The notes below the pieces were generated by a model that ran no database searches, was not told the origin of the DNA, and saw nothing but the letters and a program-made list of their open reading frames with translations. Made by a program: the position numbers and the translations under genes. DNA of 63,922 nt, counting the filler, from Octopus bimaculoides (taxonomy: Eukaryota): assembly GCF_001194135.2 (NCBI RefSeq). It is 5 parts of 5 records of this genome, joined end to end, with 100 filler letters (N's around TTAATTAATTAA, not from the genome) between each part and the next. Parts side by side here need not be neighbours in the genome. Positions count along the whole stretch, not along the records: positions 1 to 23,989 come from NC_068981.1; 4 more parts are not named here. One strand, written 5' to 3'. Of the stretch, positions 1-14,530 are shown one piece after another (position 1 is the first letter of the stretch; every line of letters starts with the position of its first letter).

Positions 1-79
1 CAGAAGGTGTTTATTGGCCATTTAAAAACACACTAAAAAATCGTGACTACTTGACTACGTGACTACGCTGAACACAAAG

Positions 80-790
80 AGCAAATGGTTGAACAAGAAC
101 AGGGATTAATAGAGGGACCAATAAGTCCCTACAAAAGAAATACCTACTCGGATGAAGGTAAATTTAGCTCTGTGGAGGGAATGACTATTATAGAGGAAGA
201 AATGAGGCACGAAATAGTAAAAGGAAGAGCCCGTCAGGTCTGAGAGGAATCGAAAGAAGAAAACTATAGAAAATAGTGAAAAAGTTGGACGAGCTGTTTG
301 GGAAAATCTACATTGAAATCATAACAGATCTGTACTAATCTTTGGGGCTAAAAGTCAAAGAATCACAAAGGACAAAGTCCCATAGCTGCTCGCCTCAACA
401 GGGTGGCATCATAAGAATGCTACAACAATTTGAGGAAGTGCATTGTAACCAGCGGTGGATAGTCTGGTTCATTCGGTGGTACGATTGCGAGGGTGACAAT
501 CTACTCTCATGCAATGAAAACCAACCGCCTGCTAGTGATGCCAACCACGCTATATTTGTCACATGCTAGATTACTCAGATATTTTAGAGAGATTCGAACT
601 AGCACATTGCCGGCTTGAAGTTGTTTTGTAACCAAATACGGTATTACATTTTCCCGTTGACTACAGACTGACAGAAAATTAGCTATTTTAGAAGTTAGTC
701 TTGAGCACAGGAATATAAGAACATGGGAAGTTAGAGCCAGTGATGACGGCGTATGAAGCATTGTTCAAGCAGTTCAACATCCGTGTGAGG
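80..790 (+). mobile_element. Highly decayed RTE-like LINE reverse transcriptase relic
   Basis: Scattered frameshifted remnants in the expected order: KGRA, SHAMK (about 505-520), AIFV (550-561), VMTAY. Confidence 0.45.
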
Positions 791-2807
791 CGCTAACTGC
801 GGTTCACTAAAATAGTACAATGCAGAAAAGCTACTTAAACAACAAATTAAAAACATCAAAAGCAACAACCATTTAACCTAGTCAACACGTCTTTGGCATT
901 ATTTTCGTTTCTGTGTTCTATCAAACATTTAAACAATTACAGTGCCAATGACGACATGATGAAAAAATATAAATACCAAAAAACAAACAAAATTATCAGA
1001 AAAACCGCGATTGTCTCTCGTCTCACCTCTTTCGTTTTATTCATTTCTAACCCACTATCTCTTTCTTCCTAACACACACACATTTATGTGTGTGTATGGA
1101 TATATATATATATATATAAATAAAGAATAAAACAGTAACTCAAGTGGACAGATCGTTCGGTAATTCGTGGTCTGTGATAATTAACTAAATACAATAAACA
1201 GAGACGGTCATTATTTCTTTGTAGTAGTGTATTTGTGTGAGTGTGCATGTGTGTGTGTTTGTAAATTATCTGTTATATAGTTTTTATATGTTCACGTCTC
1301 TTATTATTTGCAGTTATCGTTGAATCCCTGATCAGCTAGATCGAGTAAGTTTATGGAAAAAGTTGTTCTGTCTGTGACAATCCTATACGTTTTATATTTC
1401 TCGCAGATCGAGCAATCCTATAGAGCTTCCATTGTTTCTATTTGCTGTGATGGATGTGTGGTTGTTTCTCCCACCGCAATAAAGTGCCTCAGGGTTACAA
1501 TTCATCGTGCAATACTTTGGAAAAGTGTCTAGCATCTTAATCTCGAGTAGACCAAAGTAATATGTTAGGTGGAAAGTGTATGGAGCTCCGTCATAATATA
1601 TACATACATATATGACAACCACATACATAGTGGTTATCAAAAAGCGAACTGTTGCATTCTTACCGTGTTGCGCTACTGTCATTCGGACCAATCAAACGGT
1701 TTTCATACCCTGGTGGTGTACTGTAGTCTAAGTTTATTTTAACTAAATCACCAGCTACTCTTGTGTTTTTTTAGTGCTGTAACCTTACTAAATCTTATCG
1801 ATTCCACTCTAAACACCATTGTCAGTGCTGTTGACGATTTTCTCCGTAAACGTCCCCTTAATTAATTCGATCTTTCGGCCTGAGTCTGCATGTTGCACCG
1901 GGAGAGACGTGTTCACTGTAATTTGCGTGTTTCTGTTCGGGAGCATATAAACAGAATTGTTTCCCTTTCTGCTTCATTTTAAAGCTGTTACACTTTAGTG
2001 AGCATAACTTTCCTATCTTCTAGGTTGCTGATGTGCTTCTCTCCCTGTTGTAAATGTTCATGATTTTTGTGAAACAAAATAAAAATGTTGGTAATCATAG
2101 CAAAAGGAATATTTTTGTTGTGTTTTCACTGTTGCTCCTATTGTCACAGTTGTTACCTTTAGTGTTGTTGCTGTTGCTTCCGTCACTGTTGACTTTGCTA
2201 ACATCGCCTTTGCTGTTACTATTGTTACTTTCGTTAATGTTGGTGTTTTTACTGTTACTGCCTTTTGCTGTTATGGCAGCGGTGCAAAGCTTTTAACTTT
2301 GAACATTCAAAGGGGAAAAACACTTATTCCCTTCTATGAACTTATGTCATGTTTGCTACTATTCCTGTGATTGCTGTTGCGACTCTTGTTAATGCTGTTG
2401 CTGTTCTTCTTCTAACTGATACTATTGATTACTGCTGTTGCAGTAGTACAATTATTTGGACTGTGAACTTCCCATCTCTTCAAATCATTTTCCTTCCCTT
2501 CCACGTACTGCATCTGTCTTTGCGATTCACCTCCTACATCATCCTTCAGCTCATTGGCTGTAGAAGACGCCGACGCCATGTTTGTAAAAGATGTGCTTAT
2601 CAAAATAAAATGTGAACATTTTTCTTAGAAATTCGAGCCTCAAAATGGCTAGAAACAAAAGGGCGCTATGGGTTTAAGCTGGAGTCAACAAACTTTTATT
2701 AGAAGATTTCAATAATTATTAACTTTCGAGCATATTAACAGAACAACAGACTTACGTTCGAACCGAAGCTACTTGTTGCTGACAAGACCAGCGTAACAAA
2801 AATTGAT

Positions 2808-2980
2808 AGTTTAAAATTTTGACACAAGGCCAGTAACTCCGAGCAACGTGGTAAGTCGATTACAGCAACCCCTGTGCTCCAAAGACAAAGTCGACGTCGG
2901 TGGAATTGGAACTCAGAAAGTAAAGACAGACGAAATGCTTTAAGCATTTTCCCGGCGTGCAAACGATTCTGCCAGCTTTG
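2808..2980 (-). mobile_element. SINE family A (tRNA-like head, ATT tail)
   Basis: gctggcagaatcgtt.gcacgccggg..aatgctt...ctgagttc.aattcc consensus shared by about 20 copies in the window. Confidence 0.8.
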
Positions 2981-2986
2981 CTGACT

Positions 2987-3036
<50 letters not shown>

Positions 3037-3064
3037 ATAATAATAATAATAATAACAATAATAA

Positions 3065-3540
3065 TGTCCTGATGCAGTATCAGCCAGTGGCTTCTATGGC
3101 TTCTCATCTTATCTGACTGGAAGTGCTATCATGTACATTGTTTTGTCTTGGTATAAAAGATGGGCTACAGCAAATATTTTTCTCAATACCACAGATTTGC
3201 TTGTCAGTTGTTTGACTTTAACCAGTTGAGCATTTCCTTAGTAGCTGACGATATGTACATCTCTGATCCCGAGCAGAAGTAGTGAGGAGGCATCATAGTC
3301 ATGTGTTGAGAGGAATTCTTTGAGATTTGAATAATTCACTTCGAGCAGGATGGGCTACACAACTTTAAGAAAATTCTAACTGGGCCCCACCTGCAAGGTC
3401 ATGAGCTGTTTATCTCGATGTGAGATCCCCATGTCACGCACATATGACTGTGATGTATGGGCCTTGTGTACCCGTATCAGACAGGGTAGTCATGATGGGC
3501 ATGCTGGGCTTTGTATATTTTACCCCACTGTCACTTTGAT
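3065..3540. repeat. Probable interspersed repeat, family not identified
   Basis: GC-richer block of about 480 bp bounded by (AAT)n on both sides; only one copy is in the window. Confidence 0.35.
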
Positions 3541-3574
3541 TCAATAATAATGATAATATTAATAATTATAACAA

Positions 3575-3775
3575 CAATCCTTTCCACACAGGGCACAAGC
3601 CCTGAAATTTGGGGGAAGGGGAATAGTCGATTACATCGACCTCAGTGTTTCACTAGTACTGAAACGATGAAATGCTGATCGACCTCGGCGGAATTTGAAC
3701 TCAGAACATAGAGACGGGTGAAATGTCGCTGAGCATTTTGCCCGGAGTGCTAACGATTCTGCCAGCTCGCTGCCA
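3575..3775 (-). mobile_element. SINE family A
   Basis: Family consensus; (AAT)n on both flanks. Confidence 0.9.
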
Positions 3776-3792
3776 TAATGATGATGATGATG

Positions 3793-3868
<76 letters not shown>

Positions 3869-4079
3869 TGATAATGATAATAATAATACACAACAACATT
3901 ACTGCCGATAAATTTGACTTAGCATAAAATCTTAGATTCACATTTAGAAATATATAGATGGCGGGGAAGAGGAAAATAGAATTGTGTCACTCAAAATTTC
4001 TGCTAATGGAAAAATGAAAGGAAATGGTTACTTGAGACCAAACTCAACACTGGGTCACTGGAGCTTATGGCACTTGGCC

Positions 4080-4135
<56 letters not shown>

Positions 4136-4624
4136 TACAAATAATATTTTACGAAAGAAAATCACTTTAAATCACACTCGATTTGATCTTGGGAAGAGAA
4201 CCTCTCTGCTTGTTAAAGAGAGCATTATCTCATGTTAGTTCCGTGTCGGTTGAATTAAGTGTGTGGCTAAATGTCAAAAAGTATTAGGTAGGACTGTTAG
4301 TAATGCCAGCGTATTGACATTATTGGCAAAAGTCTTTGAGACCCCCAACTAAAAAACAGTAAATGTGGTATTTTCATATTATGTACAAGAATGATTTTGT
4401 TGATACGAAAATTCTATGTATACTAGTTATAGTACAAATTGCTTGAGTTCGAAAATATATGGGCTACATAAACTTTGCCGATATTTAGTAGTTATTATGA
4501 GGAATAGCTAGAACTTGAATTGTAAATACGAGAGGCACTGAAAGTTAAGCCTTTGCCGTATAAATATACTTACCAAGTTGGCAGTATTTCTGTATTCTTG
4601 TTACGGAAGCTAAGCCATAACCTA

Positions 4625-4857
4625 AACAAATACATTTCGTTATTCTTTTCTACTCTAGGAACAAGGCCCGAAATTTTGTGGGGAGGAGGCCAGGCGATTA
4701 GATCGACCCCAATACGGAACTGGTACTCAATTTATCGACCATGAAAGGATGAAAGGTAAAGTTGACTTCGGCGGAATTTGAACTCAGAACGTAAAGACAG
4801 ACGAAATACCGCTAAGCAATTTGCCCGGCGTGCTAACGTTTCTGCCAGCTCAGCGCC
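4625..4857 (-). mobile_element. SINE family A, full length
   Basis: Near-consensus copy with CpGs retained. Confidence 0.9.
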
Positions 4858-5369
4858 TTACACCTCGTTATTAATTATTTAATGATAATTATAAAATACC
4901 TGATAGACTATAGTATGTATTTTATCCTCTGCTTTACACATCTGCCAATCCACCTGCTTTATATCTGTTTATAGCCAAGGAAGTTTAACTCTCAGTACTT
5001 ATTGTAAAGTATGCTGGTTGTGTAAGTAAGAATGTCTTAATTTGAGGCTGCTTCTTATGAACCTGCAGTAAAGTTGAAGCAGAAATTTGAACTTGAACCA
5101 ATTTAGAATGCGTGATGTTGAACTCATGTGTTTTCGCTTTTGCGAGGATACTGTGTTTGAGAAATTGTATTGGCCTTCAAGTTCATTAGTTAATATTTAT
5201 TAGAAATGAATAGTTGATAAGCTAGCATAGTTATTACGTTTATTGTAGTTGTTAAACTAATGTAGTTTCCTTTTGTCCATTAGAAAATTTGAGGTGAACA
5301 CTTCATTATATAATGTCAGTAGACCTGTGTACTGGGAAAATCTTTTAAATCATTAGGGCCTTGCAATAT

Positions 5370-5560
5370 ATGCTTTCTGATTCCAAGTCTCGCCGAGGTA
5401 AACTTAACCTTTTATCTTTCCATGGTCGATAAAAATAAAATACTTGTGAAGTGTTGAGATCAATGGTATCGATATAACTCTTCCCCTTATAGCTGCTGGC
5501 ATTGTGCCTAAATTAGAAATTATTATTATTATTATTATTATTATCATTAATATAAAAATG
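5370..5560 (+). mobile_element. SINE family A, 3' part
   Basis: cgccgaggt.aact...gtcgataaa...ttgtgcctaaattagaa(att)n. Confidence 0.7.
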
Positions 5561-5604
5561 CCATTTTTTCCCCACATCCTTCTCCCTCGTGGCAAATAAA
5601 TGAA

Positions 5605-5657
<53 letters not shown>

Positions 5658-6401
5658 CATCATCATCATCGTCATCATCATTATTAATATTTGTCGTTGA
5701 TCTTGTGTTTTTTGTCTTGCCACATTTTGCTCGATATATATATATATACTGAATATATGGGTCATTGCAGCCAGTAAAGTAAAGATGCTTATTTATTTCA
5801 AAGTGGATTGCAGAATCGGTAGGCTCCAAACACAGAAGATATACTTAAACTAGGTAAGCCGATGTTTGAATCTCTATTACATCGTTTTGTGAGCGATAAA
5901 ACAAGTAAACCATTTATATTATAGGAAAGATTTAAACAACTGAGTTATCTGGAGTGGTGTTATTTACTTCGGGGTTATTATCATGAATGATAGTATCGCT
6001 ATAGAAGTGGAACAAGCGCCTAGCTGTATTTAAGTAACATTTTCAGTTAAAATCTCATTAGAACCTACTTTACATTTCAAATACACGCACAACCGTGCAT
6101 ACGTACGTAAAAACATATAAATATTAACCGCATGATACAAACGGGACTATAAATGTACATATTAAATAACTTATACACATATACAGTCATTTATACTGAA
6201 TAATGTATTCGTCCATATAAACATATATGTACAAACACGAACACAAATTAGAAATTACTTTACCCATAGACAATGAGATGCAGACAATTATGTGCGCTCA
6301 CACACAAAAATATATCTGCAGTTATATTAATAACTTAAACTACACAGACAATTGTATATTCATTATGTATATATGTGTGCATCTCTCTCTCTCTCTTCCT
6401 T

Positions 6402-6438
<37 letters not shown>

Positions 6439-6956
6439 NNNNNNNNNNNNNNNNNNNNNNNNNNNNNNNNNNNNNNNNNNNNNNNNNNNNNNNNNNNNNN
6501 NNNNNNNNNNNNNNNNNNNNNNNNNNNNNNNNNNNNNNNNNNNNNNNNNNNNNNNNNNNNNNNNNNNNNNNNNNNNNNNNNNNNNNNNNNNNNNNNNNNN
6601 NNNNNNNNNNNNNNNNNNNNNNNNNNNNNNNNNNNNNNNNNNNNNNNNNNNNNNNNNNNNNNNNNNNNNNNNNNNNNNNNNNNNNNNNNNNNNNNNNNNN
6701 NNNNNNNNNNNNNNNNNNNNNNNNNNNNNNNNNNNNNNNNNNNNNNNNNNNNNNNNNNNNNNNNNNNNNNNNNNNNNNNNNNNNNNNNNNNNNNNNNNNN
6801 NNNNNNNNNNNNNNNNNNNNNNNNNNNNNNNNNNNNNNNNNNNNNNNNNNNNNNNNNNNNNNNNNNNNNNNNNNNCATGTGGCGCAGATGTATATAACCA
6901 CACACACATACACACACACACACATACACACACAGACACACACACACACACAAACG

Positions 6957-7001
<45 letters not shown>

Positions 7002-8369
7002 TGTATGTCGTGGAATAACTACGTTGCATGATGGCAAGTTGGACTGCTTAATGAGTTCGTTCATTAATAATGAAAACGTTGAGCGGAGATATATAACTAT
7101 TTGTTGAAGCACGAACACGGCTCCGCCGAACTGCGGCCGTAGACTAATATTTCAACAAAAGGTGGAAATTATTCAGAAACTCTTGGAATGTGATTTGTGT
7201 CTGTCATGTTTATCTGGGAATAAATTCAGTGTAATTAGCAATTACTGTCCTAGACTGTAATATTCTACTTTTTGACCTTAACTATTTCCTTTGTAGAGTG
7301 AGTCGCAGCGGCTGGCTAGTTTTGCTTCTCTTTTTATATACTTCATTGCATTTATTTTATTTCCATTTTCTTCTTAACTAGCAAATTTCTTGGTGCGTGC
7401 CTATCTCTGTCATCGGCAACGAGCTCTCTCATTCTCTCTCTCTCTCTCTCACTCACTCACTCACTCAGTCCATCAAACTGTAAACATGAGCATTGTACAT
7501 TTATAGAGTAGTTGTTGTTGTTTGGCCCTCTCTTAGTCCTAACTTTAAACACAGTAGCAATGCATAATTTCAGGGATCTCGATGCAATTTCTAGTAGGCG
7601 GACTGCCCCCGAAAAGTACTTCCCGTTGTCATCATTTAAAAAATCGTTGTTCTTTTCGTTGTTGTTTTGCCCCGTTCATCTAATCTGTTTTGTTGCATCT
7701 ATGATTACACTCTCACTTTTATGATGCTAGGCTGTGACCTGCTGGATACATGAATGATATATCTGGCGAGTGAAAAGACCTCGTAGATACAATCTCTTCG
7801 TTATCTCCAGTAGAGTGCAACAAAACTAGCATTTTTCCCGTTAGATTGAAAAGGTAAGCTCGTAATTTCCTATTTGCAAAATTCGAAGATAGATTAGACC
7901 AGTGGATTTCCCCAATAAAAATGTGTTTACCAATCGATCAACTATTAACGCCGAGAAATATTTGCATAAAATGTTAATCGATCTCTACATGAAAATACGT
8001 GTATATTGCAGTCATATGAGATAGAGAAAATACAAACCAGCTGTATCTAATAGTGAATAATATCTCTTATTGTTCCATTAAGATTTACTTTCTGCTTTTA
8101 TAAAGTCACAGAACCCAGCTTCATGAGAAAGTAGCAAAATGCAATATATAACAGTTAACGAAAATGCTGACTTTGACATGTACGGAGGCCTGTAGTCAAA
8201 GTAAATATATTTGCTAGTGATGGCTGCGTAATATGTCTTATTTTATGGGCTACCCAGTATGGAACCAAAACTCCGAGAACAGAACGGGAAAATCAAACGG
8301 AAAACTGTTTTATGGATTTTTGAAGGACAGTAGTGTGCTCACGTATGTTCATACTTCTATCTGTTTCTT

Positions 8370-8563
8370 TCTTTTATGTTTCAGTACAGAGACTGCGGCG
8401 ATGCTGGTACACTGACTTGAGAATATTTAATCGAACGAATCCACCTCAGTACTTATTTTGTTAAACCTGGTACTTATTCTATTGGTCGCTTTTATCAAAC
8501 CACTGCTAGGTTACAAGGATGTAAACACACTGATACCGGTTGTCAAGCGATGGAGAGGGACAA

Positions 8564-8615
<52 letters not shown>

Positions 8616-8803
8616 GCACGCACACACACACATGCATATGTATATATGATGGGCTCCTTTGTTTTCCGTCTACCAAATTCGCTCATAAGGTTTTGGGCGA
8701 CCCGAGGCTACAGTAGAAGATACCTGTCCAAAGTGTCACGGTGTGGGACTGAACCCGAAACCATCTAGCTGGGATGCAAGTTTCTTACCACGCGGCCATG
8801 CTT
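8370..8803 (-). mobile_element. SINE family B (tRNA head + CORE-like ttgggcaagtgtcttc + internal (TG)n), full length
   Basis: Reverse complement of the 17543 and 23674 copies. Confidence 0.85.
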
Positions 8804-8822
8804 GAGCTTAATATACACAATA

Positions 8823-8827
8823 TATTC

Positions 8828-8903
<76 letters not shown>

Positions 8904-8972
8904 GTCTGTCTATCTGTCTGTCTATCTGTCTGTCTGTCTGTCTCTCTGTCTGTCTGTCTGTCCGTCCGTCTG

Positions 8973-9021
<49 letters not shown>

Positions 9022-9022
9022 A
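8823..9022. repeat. Compound (TATC)n/(TGTC)n microsatellite
   Basis: Seen directly. Confidence 0.97.
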
Positions 9023-9648
9023 TTTATATATAAATATGTTTGCGGGGGAGGGACATATGTCTCCTTGTGTGTATAATATTATACTTGCATATATGTGTGT
9101 GTGTGTGAGAGTGTGTATGTATGTGCGTGTGTGTGTGTGTGTGGATACCGATTTGATGTTCGTAGCAGGTAAAGTGGAACGACATGAAAATGTATGCAGT
9201 CTGCGGTATAGTAATGGCATTCACAGCCCGTCTTGTGTGTTTACATATTACAAATAGGAGATTTTTGCTACCAGGATTGAAGGGTCTAATCACATCTCAG
9301 TGCATTCAAACGTATTGAATATGTCTTTACGTTAGCATATTTCACTTAACGATACTTCGCACGACATTATAAATCGAATTTTATCTCAACTAAGCTTTAG
9401 GCATTTTACCATATAAAACATTTGCTGTTTGGATAAGAATACTTTCGATCTTAAGGAATGATGAGGCCAGGTTTAGTGTACATAGCTGACTAAATGAAAT
9501 GGCCCAGAAATGCATGCATCTCATGATTCAAGGAGGTTACCCAGAGCCCATCTTGTGTTTTCATACATGTCTAAGAGGAGGCTTTCTCTCGGGACTATCT
9601 TCGCAGCGGAAAATCTCATGTCCTAGTGCAGTCGAACATGTTGAGTGT

Positions 9649-9698
<50 letters not shown>

Positions 9699-10869
9699 TA
9701 GACCAAAAAGTGCAGATACAAAGGGTATACATACATTTATACACACGCGCGTGCACCCACCCACACCCGCACACACACATATATATATATGAGACAAAGA
9801 GGATGAAAATGTGACGGCTTGAGCAACTGGATCCTTGTTGAAGCCTCATTATAATAGCTTCTATGTTACGTATTATCATCGGATTCTACCTTCTCCAATA
9901 GTATTCTTATATCACGAAGCACTGGGTGAAAGCCTGTGTAATCGCCCAGTCTTCGAAAGATAATAACCAAATCTTCTTCAAATTGCACTCTACTTTTTAT
10001 CTCTCATACACAAATCTGATCCAGAAGTACAGATAATGATCCTCTTCGTAAATTTATGAATTTCGATATAGTTGAGTTCTGTACGCCTCTAATTAGATTC
10101 TCTCTTCAAATATCTTTAGAATTCAGTAGAGGTTTTATTCCAATTAGTGATTCGGATATTAAAATCATTATGCATATGGAGAAATCTTTGAAAATTATGA
10201 TCATTCTTTTGGGAGTAAACGTAATGACCAGAAATTGTTTGATGTAGTCAGGGGATCAAATGATGGCACTGGAATTTGCTAATTAATACGATTCTACATT
10301 TTAGACTTATTTCGGAAAAGATTCTTCTCCGTGTATTTAGGATGTTACTGGGATCAACGATTACTTATTTTAGGAAGTAGATAATATTGAATACTGTTAT
10401 AAAAGAATTTATTAACATACAAAATGCAACAGTGAAAGGTCGCAGCAGATACGAAACTAAGCATATTTCATTTCTTTGATAACACGAGATTTAGACTTTG
10501 GTAGGTACTGGTCTTGTGGTGAATCAAACGTAAGGTTGTTGTATATTAATGTAAATTGCAACTACTCCCAGTAGTTCTGAACTCGTAGTTAATAACATAA
10601 TTAAGCGCATATCAAACTGATCATTTGATGAGGAATATTTTGATTGTGTTGCTCATTATTACAATAACGAATTATTAGGCAGTAGCTTCGAAGCTATAAT
10701 ACATCATGTACACAACAATACCAAAATATAATAGACGCCAATCAAATAAACGCAAAATCAAATGATAACTGTTTCAATGTTGCCGGCTGAACAGATGCTT
10801 TTGTCAAAATATTTTTGCTGGAAACGCATAAAATCACATTCCAATGTTGACTATATCATTCGAATATAA

Positions 10870-11200
10870 ATCGGAGACCGCCTTCGGTCACGAATGACCA
10901 TGGGATTGCACCTAGAAAGATACCCTCCGAGGCACAAGTCTGGGCAAGGTTGTTTGTGGAAGACCAGCAGTCGCCCATGCACACCAGCCTCCCCTCTCCA
11001 CGCCACCGATGTTATCCAAGAGAAAGGCAAAGGGGCCGATACAGCTTGGCAACTGTGACATCGCAACTCATTTCTACAGCCGAGGGAACTGCAGCAACGT
11101 GAAATAAAGTGTTTTGCTCAAGAACACAACACGCAGCCCGGTTCGGTAATTGAACTCACAACCTCACGATCGTAAGTTCGACGCTCTAACCACTGTTCCC
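10870..11200 (-). mobile_element. SINE family C (tRNA head, gtgttcttgagcaaaacact core)
   Basis: Its head region is the reverse complement of the 35467 copy. Confidence 0.75.
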
Positions 11201-11355
11201 AACTTTACTTATTTAAATAATCGGTGTCGTGAAACACAGTTACGATTCAAGAAGTCTCACTTTCCTTTTCAAATGTATATACCCCATTTTATTTAAGAGT
11301 TACTTTTTTTACACGGTTCTAAATGCGAACGTTTCCTGAATCTCTCCCTTCCTCT

Positions 11356-11406
<51 letters not shown>

Positions 11407-11691
11407 AAAATGTAATAATAATTTGATAGCATAAATACTATATACATAATATATTACATCAAATATATATAAGTATAATATATAAGTGATACAATCCAAG
11501 TAATATACAGGCCATACATATTACGTATATATTTATAATACATGCTGACATACAGGTATGTGAGTATGTGTGTGTGCATGTGTGTGTGTGTGTATTAGTA
11601 CATATGCATATGTAACATATATAAATATGCACTATATATATGCTTATATGCTTATATATGTAAAGCACATATTTGTGTGGCATTCATATAT

Positions 11692-11726
<35 letters not shown>

Positions 11727-12423
11727 AAAGGCATAACAGTAGCGATGTGCAGTAACGATTTACTATTTGTTACCTGATTTGGACAAAACAAATTATCATA
11801 CCGTAGTCAAATTTTCACAAAGTTTGTAATCTGAATGATGCAAACTCAAAAAGTTCACTATTCCACCATTAAAGTTTTGGCGTTGTATCACCTTATATAC
11901 AACGTATCAGGTGAGTGAATACGAGAAGAAGCGTGATAATGTATAGACAGACATATTTGTAAAATAATATTCGTCGTGTTATGATTGTGTGTCAAAAATA
12001 TGACACATATTTTTGACTTCAGTTGGTAGGATCAGAACGCAATATAGATTCATTGATTCGCATGCTAAAACCCTTGATATTTTTTGCGTTTTTATTATTT
12101 GTTTAGTTTCCGGTAACGTCACTTTACGCGGAGCTTGATAAAATTAGTACCAGACAAAATATTTGAGTCACTAACCCCAATGGAAAACATAGAAGGCGTA
12201 GCCCCAACAATGGAAACTATTAAAACTATAGATGAATTATACAATGCCAGATATGTGCACATATATGTGTATGTGCCCGTTCGCGCTGACATGTATATGT
12301 GTTTAGTAGGTACATTTGAATTTTACATTTAATAACACTACTATCCACCATGCGTCATACACATATACACATTAGTAAAAACTTATTCTCACAAGGGTGG
12401 GAGAGGTCCATTTCCAAGTTTAA

Positions 12424-12700
12424 CCCATTACCTCCCATAATTCTATTAACTGGAATTTTTTTATGAAACTCTGATTTCTAGCATAAAACAGCCTTAGAAA
12501 CACGCTGGAATGATCAAAATAATATTTTAAATAGAAATAAGCGAGATATTGGGTGAAAAATTAGCAAACCTCATTTGAATATCAGAGAAATATACCTAGT
12601 AGATATATCAAAAAGGTTAGATATATGTAAATATTGACAGATAATTACGAAATTTTTAATTTTTAAGTGATCTCATATGAGATCACTGGTAGGTAATGGT
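12424..12700. mobile_element. piggyBac-type MITE
   Basis: TTAA|CCCATTACCTCCC...GGTAGGTAATGGT|TTAA. TIR match is 11/13, with an internal 22-bp palindrome. Confidence 0.55.
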
Positions 12701-13294
12701 TTAAAAAAAAACAAACCCTGACGAAGTGTCGTCATTACATCCCTATGCCCACGTACGATTCTGATTTGCACATCAAAACCATATTTTAATACCGTCTTGC
12801 AACTGAAATACGTGCAATGAACTTATCGTCGGTTAGGTTGTGCTTCTATTTTCTCAAATGGCATCCTGTTTGTTATCAAATTGGTTAAAGTAACTAGGAA
12901 ATGTGAAAGGTTCAGAGAAAAACCCAATAAAAATGTTTATAAATGTTTATCGCTGTCTATACAACACAACTTTTGTCTTAATTCTTTCGCTATGTTTTTG
13001 TGTTTTTTATCAAAAATTCTGTCGAGATTCCCACTAAACAATTTGTCTGTGTTCTATCTTTATTTTGGGTGATGTATGGTTTATATCAGATTACAAGTGT
13101 TTACTTAACATCATATATGCTGTCTCACCTCCCCCTGCTCCTGTTCTTTTGCGTTATTTGAGATTTTCGGCCTCCGAGTATACATAGACGTAAATGTATG
13201 TGTAAGAATGAATGTAAGCATATATATATTATGCATACACATACACACATGCATGCAAACTTGTATATGGTTAAATGTGCATATGCCTATACGC

Positions 13295-13332
<38 letters not shown>

Positions 13333-13413
13333 NNNNNNNNNNNNNNNNNNNNNNNNNNNNNNNNNNNNNNNNNNNNNNNNNNNNNNNNNNNNNNNNNNNN
13401 NNNNNNNNNTATA

Positions 13414-13453
<40 letters not shown>

Positions 13454-13616
13454 TTTATATTTATTTATATATATATATATGTGTATATATATATATATAT
13501 ACATATATGTCTATGTACATACATGTATATATACACACAGATATTTATATATATTACTATGTATATATATATATGTGTGTATATGTATACTTATATATGA
13601 ATGTATCTGTTTACTT

Positions 13617-13650
<34 letters not shown>

Positions 13651-14339
13651 AATACATATAAGCATATACATACATATAAAGTTACCCTCTCACACACAAA
13701 AGCGCGCACGCACACGCACGTACGCACACACATACACACACACATGTATGCTTTAAACATACGATGTTTGTTTTTGCTTCATGCCCAATCCGTTCTATAA
13801 TTATCTCTGGTCATTATATGTATTATATATCTTTGTAAACATACAATTTCTTATTTGGCACAAAAAAAGTACCCCTCGTAAAAACATTTGAAAGATCAAC
13901 AAAATTTCAAAATCCCAACACGAACCAAGCTACTTTATTTTATCAGTTCGTTTCGGTTTTATGATTTGATTTTTGATTTATGTTGGTGGCCTTGTAGCCA
14001 ATAGCACACAAAATTATTATTATTATTATTATTGTTGTTGTTGCTGTTTTTGTCGTTATTGTTGTTGTTATCATTATTATTTTTGGTCTGGCAATCGGAA
14101 TCGTATCTTGAATTTGGCATTGGGTAAAGTTAATGGAATTATAACTTTAAAAGAAGTCATAAAATTTCAGTTTGTTAAACAAACGTACAGTACGTGATAT
14201 ATGTGTTAGCTGGACATAAACAAAGTTTAGATCTTAAAAGGTTGAGGACGGCAGGAATATTTTTAAATGCAAAGAACATATTTACAAAACACAAACTGAC
14301 AAACAAAATACGAATATTAACAAAGACAAAAGACAAAAT

Positions 14340-14530
14340 AATCAAATATATCATTCCAGCCCACTCCACCCTCAATGGAGTGTTGCATTTTAATACTAAA
14401 ATTGATTTCTTACATTGGCACAAGGCCACATTTTGATGAAGGATATAGTTGATTCTATCAATTCTAATATTTGTTTGTGATTGTAATTTGTCGACTCCGG
14501 AAGGGTAAAAGGCAAAGTTTGATTTCTGTG
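14340..14530 (-). mobile_element. SINE family A, degenerate
   Basis: cacaaggcc...gtcgactccggaagggtaaaaggcaaag. Confidence 0.55.

Noticed and set aside
6227-7118. Long ORFs here and at 13198, 22377, 24800, 30173, 38744, 41315, 45961 and 60522
   Set aside because: They are translations of N gaps and di- or trinucleotide repeats.
9458-9525. Hammerhead-like ATGATGA-ggcc...ggcc-ca-GAAAUGCAUGCAUC
   Set aside because: C3 is replaced by A, there is a 2-nt insertion before GAAA, and stem I is only 2 bp, so chance is not excluded.
9499-9600. MIQGGYPEPILCF resembling the next NT5C2 exon (IGYPQELLSF)
   Set aside because: It is on the wrong strand, has an in-frame TGA where the conserved Tyr should be, and lacks YKSP, PTRG and fitting splice sites.
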